Made by a program: the position numbers and the translations under genes. Below the pieces are notes generated by a model. The model saw nothing but the letters and a program-made list of their open reading frames with translations. It was not told where the DNA came from and did not search any database. From assembly GCA_951406725.2 (NCBI GenBank), contig OX597831.1, positions 55,056,001 through 55,120,000 of the forward strand: a stretch of 64,000 nt of DNA, written 5' to 3'. Shown piece after piece: positions 40,589 through 53,832 of the stretch (position 1 is its first letter; each line of letters opens with the position of its first letter). Source of the DNA: Octopus vulgaris. Its lineage: Eukaryota.

Positions 40589-41045
40589 TCAAAAATTTTT
40601 GAAAAACTTTTTGAAAATTTTCCCCAAAAACTTTTGAAAAATTTTTTGAAAATTTTTCTCAAAAATTTTTGAAAATTTTCCTCAGAAAATTTTGAAAAAT
40701 TTTTTGAAAATTTTTCCCCAAAATTTTCGAAAAATTTTTTGAAAATTTTCCAAAATTTTTTCGAAAATTTTCCCCCAAAATTTTTGAAAAGATTTTCGAA
40801 AATTTTCCCCCAAAATATTTGAAAAGTTTTTCGAAAATTTTCCCCAAAATTTTTGAAAAATTTTCCACAAAAATTTTTTAAAAACTTTTTGAAAATTTTT
40901 GAAAAGTTTTTCCAAAATTTTTCCAAAATTTTTAGAAAATTTTCCCCCCAAAATTTTTGAAAAGTTTTTCGAAAATTTTCCCCCCAAAATTTTTGAAAAG
41001 TTTTTCGAAAATTTTCCCCCCAAAATTTTTGAAAAGTTTTTGCCC
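40589..41045. repeat. Tandem array of AAAATTTT-type subunits (about 33-36 bp higher-order unit) inside the Helitron
   Basis: The last units are near-exact gaaaattttccccccaaaatttttgaaaagtttttc (36 bp); about 13 units in total. Confidence 0.95.
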
Positions 41046-41669
41046 AAATTTGACATCAATATTACTTAGTTTGGTTTGAAATAAAGAACTTGATTAGCTT
41101 AATAATCGTAACTTAATCCCGGGCAATGCCGGGTTATACTGCTAGTATATATGTATATATATGTTCTGTCATCCCTGTATGTGTAGACTCCAAGCTTTCC
41201 AAAGCTATATACATGTAAGTTTTTATTATATATTATAATATTGATCTATTATTAATATGATGACACATATAAAGGTATGATATACACATAAATGAGATGC
41301 AGACAGGTAATAAAGAAGAAACATAAATGGACAGATTTATCTAATCAATAAAAGCAATTTCATGTAGTAATTATCCTTTCTTCAAAGAGTTTCTTGAGAA
41401 CAATACTTGATTAAGTCAGCATTGAATAATAATGACAATAATCCTTTCTACTATAGGCGCAAGGCCTGAAATTTGGTGGGAGAAGACGAGTCGATTACAT
41501 CAACCCCAGTATTTCACTGGTGCTTAATTTATCAACTTCAAAAGGATGAAAGGAAAAGTCAACCTGGGAACAATTTTGACTCAAAACAAAAAGACAAACG
41601 AAATGATTATCAACATATTGTCTGGCATGCTAATGGATCTACCAGCTTGCTGCTTCATTATTATTATCA

Positions 41670-41730
<61 letters not shown>

Positions 41731-41919
41731 CATTATTATTATTATTATTATTTCCACAGAGCAGGAGTGGAAGTCTGGTAAGTAGCTTGTTTACCAACCA
41801 CATGGTTCTGGGTTCAGTCCCACTGTGTGGCACCTTGGGCAAATGTCTGCTACTACAGCCTCGGGCCAACCAAAGCCTTGTGAGTGGATTTGGTAGACGG
41901 ATACTGAAAGAAGCCCATC

Positions 41920-41958
<39 letters not shown>

Positions 41959-42440
41959 TGTATGTATATGTTTGTCACCTCAACATAGCTTGACAACCGA
42001 TGCTGGTGTGTTTTACGTCCCTGTCACATAGCGGTTCAGCAAGAGGGACCAATAAAATAAGTACTAGGCTTACAAAGAATAAGTCCTGTAGTCAATTTGC
42101 TTGACTAAAGGTGCTTCTCCAGCATGGCCGCAGTCAAATGACTGAAACAAATGAAAGAAAAAGACAAGAAAAAATATTGTCTGGCATGCTAATGGATCTA
42201 CCAGCTTGCTGCTTCATTATTATTATTATTATTATTGGTGGGGTGGTGCTGGTGGTTCTGATTTAGACACAAGGCCAACAATTTTGAGAAGGGTATTGAT
42301 ACCGTTAACCCCAGTATTTGACAGCTACTTTATTTCATTAAACCTTGAAGGATAAAAAACAAAGTTGAGATTCAAATTCTTTCTGAGTTCAAATCATGCT
42401 GAGGTCAACTCTGATTCGAAACAAGTACTATTGTCATCAC

Positions 42441-42487
<47 letters not shown>

Positions 42488-44853
42488 TTATTATTACTAT
42501 TCTTCTTCTTCTTCTTATTATTATTATCATCATCATTATCATTATTATTATTATGATGGTTTCAAACATTTCCAAAAAGTGATAAATTTTAGAGGCTAGT
42601 ATAATCAATAAATTCAATTCAAGAATTTGATGGTGTTTATTTATTCAATCTCATATCCTAGTAAGATTTGAACTCAGAAAATAAAAGTACACAACTGAAT
42701 ATTACAAGGAATTTAGTCCAAGGCTATATCATTCCCACTGTCTGCAGCCAGTATCACAACAGTATTTATCATATCATACGAGTATCATTATATTATATAT
42801 TATTGTGTATTGTATTATTGATCAGTGATAATAACACATGAAATTATGAGATACACTCATAAACAATATGCAGATAAGTAATAAAGAAAGGTAAGTGGAC
42901 AGACAGACAGACGTGAGTGATCAATACGCACATCTATATAAAAATACAAGCACATCCGTATGCACAAATGGACATACTTGTATGCATACATGTACACACA
43001 CACACATATAGAGGCTACAAAGCAAATAATGGTAATACCTATCTTTAGTATTCAATAAACTTTCCATGCCTTTATTTACACACTTGCAATGCAATTAAAA
43101 TATGTAAAAGCGTTTCGTAGGCCGACACATCTGAGAATGTAAATTGCTTTCATAGATATCAATAATTTGTATACTGATAGACATCTATACATACATACAT
43201 ACATACATACATACACACACATCTCAGAGAATAATTTCTTTTCCATATTATTGATAGGGTGACACAAAGCACTTGTTTTGATGAAATGGAACTATCCAGA
43301 ACTAGCTAAAAATTATTCACTGCTTATCAACCATGTTATTTCTATTGACTGCAACTTTCTGATGCACATATATATACAACAGAAAATAGCATAGTGGTTA
43401 AGTAAGTTAAGCTTACTGGCTTCATAATGTGTTGTGGAGATAAACTGAGTAACAGGCATACATTCTTGTACCATCTATTCTTTTATCCTTTTACTTGTTT
43501 CATTCATTTGACTGTGGCCATGCTAGAGCACCACCATAAAAGGTTATAGTCGAAGAATTCAACCACAGGACTTATTCTCACCTAGTACTTATTCTGTCAG
43601 TCTCTTTTGCCAAACTGCTAAGTTATGAGGACATAAACACACCAGCATTGGTTGTTAAGCGATGGTGGTGGTGGTGGGGGGAGAAACATAGAAACAAACA
43701 AACACACACACACACATACATTTCAGTTTCTGTCTACCAAATCCACTCACAAGGCTTTGGTTGGCCCGAGGCTATAGTAGAAGTCATGTGGTTGAGAAGC
43801 TCAGTTGAGTACTTCTGCCACCTGCCATGTTGCAGTTTCATAACTTCACCATATTCTTGGCAAGAGGGCTGAATGGGTACCATGCCATGCCAGAGTGTAA
43901 CCAGTAAACTATGCAGTGAATGGTCATCGCTCCTTGAGGTATTTTCAACAAACACATTGAATCTGAAAGATTTTTACAGGTGTGAATCCTACAGGGAAAA
44001 CCTCAGTGGTTCATTAGTGGGCCACGAGCAACCTGTTCTTGACCTTCCCTGGGTTTAATCAAAGATCTGAGGTAAGAGATATTTTTAAGGGAACAAAATA
44101 GAAGAGTTGGAGTAGTTTTCAATGAACACAGAGATCAGAGGTTCATCTTGTCACTGATGCTAGATCCACCTAGTTCTAAGCTTTTGTTGCTGCTGCAGGG
44201 CAACTCTGATTGAGCAGACTTGTAATCAAAGGCATTCCAGCTGTTACACTCATTTTTTGAAGGGTATGTAGGGCTACAATAGTTAATGTGTTCATTTCTT
44301 ATTTAAAACAGTAGCATGTGATTTGAGAAAGATTTAGCAGCTATGTCTCACAGGTTTCCTTGTTGGCTTGCCTAGTTCTAAGTATGTACCACAGGTTGGT
44401 AGCTACTATGTCACAGCAAGCACTATCATTGGTTAGCTTGCAGTACTGAGCTCAATTCTTTACTATCTGTGGTAATCTAACATCCTATTAAGAAAGACAT
44501 CTATTTCTTATTTCTTTATTGCCCACAAGGGGCTGTACATTCACCATGCTGCTTCTCACATAGAGGGGACAAACAAGGACAGACAAATGGATTAAGTCAA
44601 TTACATCGACCTCAGTGCGTAACTAGTACTTAATTTATCGACCCCGAAAGGATGAAAGGCAAAGTCGATCTTGGCGGAATTTGAACTCAGAACGTAACGG
44701 CAGACGAAATATCGCTAAGCATTTTGCCAAGCGTGCTAACGTTTCTGCCAGCTAGCCGCCGTCTATTTCTTTATCACTTAACACTTCAAAGACCACAGTT
44801 AAAAGTAAACCTCATGATTCTTATGGTTTGGAAACCCTTAATAAAGTGGTTAC

Positions 44854-45028
44854 CTTTCAGCCAGAGATCATCTCTTAAAGCTTCAGCAAGCAGCATAGCA
44901 CCATGATCTCCAATCATTGGGTTATTATTCAGTGTAATCCGACGTAATCCAGTCATGCATTCTAAATCAGGTTGACGGTAGCGTAAACTGTTTTTCCAAG
45001 CTTCATTGTGACGAACCAATGATTGATG
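44854..45028 (-). CDS. CEP78: CEP78 coding exon (first seen in window), LRR region, 175 nt, phase 0 to 1
   Basis: Acceptor tttcctctttAG|CAT and donor AAAG|GTAAC. Translates [58 protein letters not shown], matching the CEP78 motif [21 protein letters not shown]...DLWL as I recall it. Confidence 0.93.
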
Positions 45029-45653
45029 CTAAAGAGGAAAAGAAAAATATTATATTATTTTTAGCATATAGCAGATAACGCACTTAGGAAAACTAGTATC
45101 TATGCCAAGCAGTTTAGTGAACTGTCAAACATAGAAAGAAATGTGTAAAAAAAGGAATCATGAAATACACTTTTAAGAATATCAATCCATTAATTCTACA
45201 GAATAGAAATTTAACCTTACTCTCAAATAAAACTGGAGAGATCATACAGGTCTGGTGCGAATAGAGTTATGTATCCTTCAGTTAGGTTCTTCATATATTA
45301 AGCAATTACCTGAATAAATTACTTGGCAATAAATCTATAAGATAAATATAACCTGCCACAGAATATATGAATTAATTCAACATAAGATTACTGTATTAGT
45401 CTCAAGAGAGGTAGTTGACAATTCTGCCTTGCAATGTTTTCTTTTTATTCTGACATTGAGAAAATATGTTTTTATTCTATGAGACCTAATTGCAGTTAAA
45501 AGAAGGTTTGCACGGGGAGAGAAAAAAAGATAATATTTGCCAGGAAAATATTGTAAGTAAATCCAATGACTTATACTTCAGTGCTGAAAAATAAGAATAT
45601 ATATATCTAACTTTGCATTTTTTAATTTTATTAGTTTGTTTAGAACAATGCTC

Positions 45654-45688
<35 letters not shown>

Positions 45689-45691
<3 letters not shown>

Positions 45692-48278
45692 TCATCATCA
45701 TCGTTTAACGTCCGTTTTCCGCGCTAGCACGGGTTGGACGGTTCGACCGGGGTCTGGGAAGCCAGGGGCCGCTCCAGGCTCCAGTCTGATCTGGCAGAGT
45801 TTCTACGGCTGGATGCCCTTCCTAACGCCAACCACTCCGTGAGTGGAGTGGGTGCTTTTTACGTGCCACCTGCACAGGGGCCGGGGGGTCCGGCATCGGT
45901 CACGATCGGTTCGAGCTTTTAATGTGCCAGCGGCACGGGGGCAACGGGATCCGGGGTACTTTGAATGGGTAGGGGGTATGTGGAATTGCTGCAGAAAACA
46001 GCCCGGGTCTTTGCAGTCACAGCATATCTCCAGAGATCTCGGTCCTTCGCCATTGCTTCAGTGAGGCCCAATGCTCTGAGGTCATGCTTGACTACCTCAT
46101 CCCATGTCTTCCTGGGTCTACCTCTCCCCCTGATACCTTCAACTGTTTGGGAGTGGCACTTCTTCACATCTCTCTTCATCCATCCGCAGCACATGACCAT
46201 ACCATCGCAAGCGTCGCTCTTGCACACCACATCTGATGCTTCTTATATCCAGCATTTCTCTCAGGATGCTTACACTCTGTCTTGCGTGCACACTGACACT
46301 ACACATCCAGCGGATCATGCTAGCTTCATTTCTTTCAAGTCTACGCATGTCCTCTGCAGTCACAGCCCATGTTTCATTACCGTGAAGCATGGCAGTTCGC
46401 ACACATGCATCATACAATCTACCTTTCGCTCTGAGGGAGGGACCTTTTGTTGCCAGTAGGGGTAGGAGCTTTCTGAACTTTGCCCAGGCTATTCGTATTC
46501 TAGTGGTGATACTCTCTGTGCATCCACCTCCGCTACTAACTTGGTCACCCAGGTAGCGGAAACTATCAACTACTTCTAGTTTCTCTCCCTGGAGTGTGAT
46601 GGAATCTGTTTTCTGAGTGTCTGTTGTGTCTATTGTCCCTGTGCATCTGCCGCACATGAAAGCTATCTTATCTGTTAATTTCCCTTTAATGTTGCTGCAC
46701 CTCTTATGTGTCCATAGCTTACATTGGGTGCATCTTATGGAGTTTCTACCTGTACCTTTCCTACAGATTGAGCAGGGCCACCTACCCGAGGGGGGGTGTG
46801 CTGAGTACCTCTTGCTGCTTACTAATACTTTGGTCTTTGCTACATTTATTCTAAGGCCCTTTGATTCTAACCCTTGCTTCCACACCCGAAATTTCTTTTC
46901 TAGTTCCGGTAGTGATTCTGCTATGAGAGCTAGGTCATCGGCATAGAGGAGCTCCCAGGGGCATCCCGTTTTGAATTCCTCTGTTATTGCCTGAAGGACT
47001 ATGATGAATAAAAGGGGACTGAGGGCTGAGCCCTGGTGCACACCTACTTCTACCCGGAATTCTTCACTATATTCGTTGCCAATCCTAACCTTGCTGACAG
47101 CCTCTCTGTATAGAGCCTGTACAGCCCTTATTAGCCATTCGTCAATCTCCAGTTTCCGCATCGACCACCAGATAAGGGAACGGGGAACCCTGTCAAAGGC
47201 TTTCTCCAAGTCTACAAAAGCTATGTAGAGGGGTTTATCTTTAGCTAGGTACTTCTCCTGCAGTTGTCGGACCAGGAATATAGCATCAGTGGTGCTTCTA
47301 CCTGGTACAAAACCGAACTGCATTTCATCTAAACAAATTCTCTCCCTAATGAGATGGGTTATGACCTTCTCTGAGACCTTCATCACCTGGTCCAACAGTT
47401 TGATACCTCTGTAGCTATTTCTATCTAGAGCATCACCCTTACCCTTGTAGCAGTTGACTATGGTGCTGCTGCACCAGTCATTGGGTATGACTCCATTGTG
47501 AACTACCTGGTTTACAATGCGGGTGACTATGACATAGCCCACATAGCCAGCTGTTTTAAGCATCTCAGCAGTGATTCCTGATAGGCCGGGGGCTTTACCT
47601 GGTTTCATATCCTTAATTGCCTTATCTACAAGGGAGCTGTCTATTCGGGTAGTTGGTCCCTCTACTGGGTCAACATTTGGCAGGCTCTCCTCCTCCCATT
47701 CATTCTCCTCATTCAGCAGTCTTTCATAATGGCTTCTCCAAGCCTCTTTCTTTTCATTAGCAGTAAAAGCAAGTGCCCCATCATCCATGCGGACACATTT
47801 CTCTCCTATAACATCACTATTTTCTCTGACACACTGTCTGGCAATCCGAAATACTTCAGCTCTTTGATCCTCGCGTCGCTGGACATTGGCAAACTTCTTC
47901 TTTTCTGCTACATCTTTGGCTATGTATACCTGCCACCCAGCCTCCCTTTTGGCTATCTGGTACAGTTCCCTGCTGCCCCCATCCTTCCAGGCTTTCCAGG
48001 CCCGTCTCTTTTCACAAATGGCTTTATCTACTGCACTATTCCACCACCACGTAATTCTAGGTCTGGAAGGGACTTTGCACCATCCACAGACTCAGTCTGT
48101 GGCACTCAGCAAGCTGTCCCGTAGGAATTCCCAGCTACCTTCTATGTCTGACGTCTGAAGCTCCTCCTCCCTCTCATCAAATTTCTTGATGAGTATGTCC
48201 CTAAATTTCTGACCATGTGAAGGGTTCTTTAGCCTCCAAATCCTTCTTTTCTGGATTGGTTTGTTTCTTGGAGTCCTT
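45689..48278 (-). mobile_element. RTE-clade LINE, 5'-truncated (no endonuclease domain), fairly young
   Basis: RT motifs QFGFVPGRSTTDAIF, FVDLEKAFDRV, GVHQGSALSPLLF and LYADD. The frame extends upstream past a TGA at 48092-48094, has a frameshift near 46170, ends in a GRGRPRKTW C-terminus and has a (GAT)n tail. Confidence 0.95.
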
Positions 48279-48834
48279 ATATTCTTCTATAGAATTAATC
48301 TGATAAAGTATCCTGCCCAAAGATAAAATAAATTGATGCATAACCTTAAAGAAAAACAATTAAATTATTCATGAGCCCAAAGGGACATTGAACTAAATCA
48401 TAAGTTCAAAGAGACAAATGTCTCTTAAAACTCATGAAGTTGCATAGCTCTGGTTTCATAAAGTTAGAAAGATAAAAGATAAATCAATCCTTGGATAAGA
48501 TTCCAATCAATTTCAAGCAACATTTCCAGGAGAGCCAGTACCTGTTCCCAACAGCTACAAAAATTGAAGCATGTTGAATTAATTTGCTACCCAAACACAC
48601 AATTAAATATCTACAGTGGATTTGAACTTTGGACCACTCAGTTAACCCTCCAATACCTAATCCAGTGAGCCACTTTTACATTTACCCACTTTGGCTGGAT
48701 ATTTATCTTATTCTATGAGTAAGAAGCCACAATGACAAATATTTGGTGATAATTGTTTTAAAATACGTATCTTATCTTTATGACTAAATTTTAACTGAGT
48801 GCAATAAGATCAACTACACTCACTAACAAAATCA

Positions 48835-49055
48835 CAGTCATGGCCAAAAATATGGAACATTATTTAAAATATTAAAATTGTTATGCCCAAATACAATGTA
48901 TATATTTGGGTATTTAATATAAAAATTCTAATTTTCAGATCTACGTTCCAAACTTTTGACCAAGTAATAATATATTGCAAATTAAATATAACTTTAGGCA
49001 TTTCATATAAAAATTCTGATTTTGGACCTATGTTCCAAACTTTTGGCCAAAACTG
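48835..49055. mobile_element. Tc1-like MITE
   Basis: TIRs cagtcatggccaaaaatatggaaca / tgttccaaacttttggccaaaactg, with an internal direct repeat of the TIR motif. Confidence 0.65.
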
Positions 49056-49099
49056 TACATATCAAGGGAGTAGATTAAATCTTCCTGAAGTCATCATCA

Positions 49100-50040
49100 T
49101 TCTCATAGACTTCAGTACACACAACTATCCCTGGTTACGTGCATTCATTCAGTTAATTCAAAAACCAAATCATTGCAAACAGTCTGCACTAGTTAGTATT
49201 CTCATTTACCTGTAATTCTAATGAACATTCCAACTCTCAAAGCATTTTTATCTATCTCTCACTTTCAAACTCAATCTTCAACCAGTTGTCCCCATCTCCA
49301 ATACCTAATCTCTTGCTCTGCTATATCACACATCAGTAAAAAAAAAAAGCACTGCTTTTGCTGATGCTTTGAATTCTCAAAAATTTTCAATGATGTCTGG
49401 CAAAAGAACTTCCAAACCTAGCTGCACACCTATATGATTCATTTGTCTCCCATGTCTTAGATTGGGAATTTTCAAATGTACATTGATGGAACTTACTCTA
49501 ACCCACATTTGATCAAACCTATGGCAGGGTTACTCTAATAGAAATCCAACAACCAAGTCTTCAAACAATTTGAAGACACAATCATTGCATGTATAAAGAA
49601 AATTATCTTGCACTACAACTGTCCAATCCCTTAAAGTTACAACATATGCTAGGTTGCAAAATCTTTGATGATCTCTCATAATGACTTCAAAATGTATTGT
49701 TGGGTTGAGCTAACTCAGATTTCTCAATCTTTCTGTGGCTGAATCACATATATGATTGTCAGTTCTATAAATGTAAAAACCTAAATGTCTCTGATCAATA
49801 TTGTTGATGTGATTCTATCTTCCGGTATCTTGTGAGTTTCAGAGATAATCATTGTTTTAACTGATTCCTCTGCCGAAACTGTACATTCCCCATGCTGCTT
49901 CTCACAGTTTCACATATGGCTAATTGCCAAAATCTACATCTTAAAATCTAAAATTCTTCTTCAAGGTCAGAAAATACTTCAGCTCCAATAACTTGCTAAT
50001 CATCAACAAAGCTAAAATTTGTCTCACCTTATAGTACATA
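49100..50040 (+). mobile_element. Possible very old CR1/L2-like RT remnant
   Basis: Only faint RT-like motif order in decayed sequence. Confidence 0.3.
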
Positions 50041-50535
50041 TCACAGTGGCATAGTATGAGTATGTGCCACCAAGAGAAGCCCTTGATATTGTTACCCCTA
50101 GCCTATACTGGCTTATGCAGCAGACTCACAAGTGTTGTTTGGGGCAGACTGTTCCCAACTCCCCAACCTCCAGCTTTGCTATTGCAGAAATCAGAATAAG
50201 TTCTGGCTCAACCCTTTTGTTACTAAATTTGTTTTGAAATACACATCCTTCATTTCAATTAATTTTTAAAATGAAGAATTTAATAAGATAACATGATCAT
50301 TATTAAACTGGCTTTTGGAACTTAAATTAGCATAATCTTTTAACGGAAGGTTAAGGAAGAATCAGGGGCAGTCTGAGGCAGGTTGGTGTTGAAAGGGATA
50401 ATGAGCCAGTAGGCTCAAGACAGTGGTATGAATACAGTGTCCACTGTTCAGGACACTCACGGAGTTTGCTGATCCCTATACAAGCTTATACAACAGACCC
50501 AAAAGTGCCACCCCCATAAAAGTGTCATCAAGGGC

Positions 50536-50991
50536 CAGGGCCGGATTAAAACCCATAGAGGCCCTAAGCACTTACAAGGTTTTGGTGCCCTCAAGTATAT
50601 ATAAATGGTTCAAAATGTAAACAAAAATAATTCAAAATATAAATGATAATAAACCATAAAATAAATTTTTATTTTTCAAAATGAAACAAAATTCACAGTA
50701 AGATGGAAAATAATGTTTATTTTTGTATGCTTCCATTTTGTTTATATCTGAAAAGTGTTTGCCTTTGTTTTTTGTTTTTTTAATTGCAAAGTGTTCGATG
50801 GTATTATTAAAATTAATTTTATATAAAACTTCTGCTCCAATAGTTAATAGAAATAAGGCATTATGAATATTATTTTAGCAAGTTTAAAGTGATTTCTTTC
50901 ATGCTGTAAACCATTTTCATTTCTGTGGTGCCCCCGTCCCTTTATGTTCTAAGCATGTGCTTATTTTGCTTAATGGGTTAATCCAGCACTG
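50536..50991. mobile_element. hAT-type MITE nested in another short MITE (about 50421-51036)
   Basis: TIRs cagggccggatta / taatccagcactg; degenerate 8-bp TSD tcaagggc / tccagggt. Confidence 0.7.
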
Positions 50992-51842
50992 TCCAGGGTA
51001 GACTGTCCCATTGCATACTCCTGGCTATGCGACTGACAACTCATATATATGGGACAGTAATGTTGTTACACCCGCCCTCTCACTCTCTCTCTCTTTCTAG
51101 ACTATATCCAAAAGTAAGCCATCCAGCTGGTTTTACTATGTGCTCTGACACCAACCAAGGGTATTTCTGCATCTTGTATGCTAGTTAATCCATAGCTGGG
51201 ACCCCGACAGAGTAGACCTAGGAATAACAGTGGCTAAGAAGTGGTTCCACACTCCTCAAAACCCTGGGACTCCTGAACCAGAGTCCCACTAACAGAATCA
51301 AGGACATATAAGATAGAATTTTTTACCTTTTAATTGTTTCAGCCGTTTGACGGCAGCCATGCTGGAGCACTACCTTGAAAGATTTTAGTCAAACAAATCG
51401 ACTCCCAGGACATGTGTTTTTAAAGCCTAGTACTTATTCTATTGGTTTCTTTTGCCAAACCACTAAGTTATGAGGATGTAAACATACCAACACCAGCTAA
51501 GTGGTGGAGGGGGACAAATACAGACACACACACACACATAAACGATGGGCTTCTTTTAGTCTCCATCAACTAAATCCAATCACAAGGCTTTAGTTGACCT
51601 GAGGCCATAGCAGAAGACATTCACCCAAGGTGACATGCTGTGGGACTGAACCCAGAACCATATGATTGGGAAGCAAGCTTCTTACCACACAACTTCACCT
51701 ACCCCGATGATCACAGTCAGAATGCTTTTCATCATAGGTCTGTTTGCTCAGTCAGGATTGTTTTGGGACGAAATACTACTTCAGATAAATTTCCAATAAT
51801 AAATGCTTGTGCCTCCTAACAGAGAGGGAAGTGTGGCACCTA

Positions 51843-52030
51843 CATCATCATCCTTGTTCGACCGTGGTCGAGACAATGGAATTTACCATGCTACGCCAGA
51901 CTTCACGGTCCATCATGGCATTACGGAGGTCCTGTTGCTGGATGCCTGTATCCCTGGAGATTACATCAGGGTAGGAGAGTGTGCGCCCTCTGGTATTGCG
52001 AGTAGATGGCTTCCAGAGAAGAGTAGAAAT
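51843..52030 (-). mobile_element. RTE-like LINE 3' end fragment
   Basis: Near-identical to 28945-29080, then continues into different, coding-like sequence. Confidence 0.75.
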
Positions 52031-52314
52031 TACTTCTTTTTCAGCTCTACAACAATGTCCAGCAAACTGGACTCTCCTACCTACCTACTCTCACTGATAC
52101 ATAATGTGAGGCAGCGTTGGCCTTTAAAAAGAAATAATAAAGACCTGCAGTGAGAGTTGAACTTACTGAGCATAAACAGTTCAACACTTCTTTTATCCAG
52201 CTTCTAATTCAGTTATATACAGAAATATCTATTTCCAGATATCGTTTCCAGTGACTACCTGCGGTGAGGTGTAAGCATTGTATATACATGTTAGAGTACA
52301 CATGTAAGGATGTG

Positions 52315-52358
<44 letters not shown>

Positions 52359-53832
52359 TAAAATAATAAGGGTGAAAAATTGAATATTAATTTGATTAAT
52401 ATCAATTTAAAACCAGTGGTCTAGCAAATTAAAATCTGAAGATACAGAAAAATTATATTACATACATATAAGAGGGATGACCACTCAATTTTTTCTTGAG
52501 AACATTCCTTTCTTAGTGGTAAGACCATAGAGGATCTATTTCTAGCATATGGATGTCCATGTGGTGATCATCCCTTTTATATGTCTGTATATATATATAT
52601 ATATATATATATGCATGTATATATATATATCAATAACATTGTGTTTATGAATGAGTTTATATGTATTTATGCATTTTTATGTGTATGTGTGTGTACACAA
52701 ACATTGTGAATGTAGGAATATATGTTTATATCTACAAAAGTGTATATGTATATGCATGTATATATACAAGCATTGGGGAGCCAGGAGATGCACGTTAATG
52801 CATGTCTGTGTAGATGTATGTTTATACAAGGTGTGTTTACATGTGTTTTTGCATTCATATATTTATGTGTGTATATGACAGACAGAAGGGGAGAGAGAAA
52901 GAGACAGCAGATGGAGAGACATACAGATAGGTGGCTGGACGGACAGACAGAGAAGGAACCAGAGTATGTGTGAGAAGAAGAAGCAGCCACAGGCCGCAAT
53001 AGCCACCCTCCCACTAAAACTATTGATAACCTCCCCACTACAATTATCGACTTGTTTGTGTTGGCAGAAAATCTAAAATATCTTGAGAAAGAGGAAGGAA
53101 AATAAAGATGTGACATTTTATGCCTTTCTTCAGGGGTAATAGTAACAATGTAAAGTGTATAAAAAAAAGGAGTACAATTGCTGCAATCTCTCCCTACTCA
53201 GCTTGCAATTAAAACCCATGGCAACATCACCAGCTCTCCAACCTCTGTGACCATCCCATCCAGAAAATTCGCAGGAGAGGTGACTGGCCACCACAACTCA
53301 ACAAACGTTTTGACATATGATTGATGAATTATAGCTTTTAAGTTATCTTGAATCCCCATTGAGTATCAACAAACAATAGTGAGAGTATGTGGGGGTGTGT
53401 GAGGGAGAAAGGAGAGGCTGTTTCTACTATGATTTATTGTATTCTTTGTGTCCACATACCCCCACAGCAGCCAAAACTATCAGTTTAAGTGGGGTAGGGG
53501 TAGAGAAAGTATTTACTTAACCTATACATTTTATTCAAGAGGGTTTTAGCAAATGTTTTATCTGTTTATCTTTTACTTGTTTCAGTCATTGGACTGGGGG
53601 CATGCTGGGGTGGGTGCAGATGTTGAGGCACTGCATTGAAGGGGGGGGGGGGTTGTTTTAGTCAAACTTGGTACTTATTTTATTGATCTCTTTTGCAGAA
53701 CTGCTGAGTTACAAGAACATAAACAAATCACACCCAGTTGTCAAGTAGTAGTGGATAATAATCACACACATACACACACACACACACAACATTTTTCTCT
53801 AACTCTTTAGCATTCAGATTTTTTTTGTTAAA

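Larger units (their letters stand above)
35824..41145 (+). mobile_element. Helitron with both termini, internally deleted and decayed
   Basis: Inserted as A|TC...CTAG|T. 5' TCTCTCTATATATAAAA at 35824; GC-rich hairpin cccgggcaatgccggg at 41118-41133; CTAG at 41142-41145; Rep/helicase coding remnants inside. Confidence 0.9.

Noticed and set aside
40589-41045. Heat-shock element cluster, as in nematode Helitrons
   Set aside because: GAA/TTC spacing is mostly 0 or 4 nt, not the canonical nGAAnnTTCn.
40579-41059. Stop-free ORFs with KFSKNF repeats
   Set aside because: These are translations of the A/T-tract tandem array in several frames, with no evidence of coding.
46139-47788. Intact active retrotransposon or host RT gene
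   Set aside because: 5'-truncated without endonuclease, with an upstream stop and a 3' frameshift.
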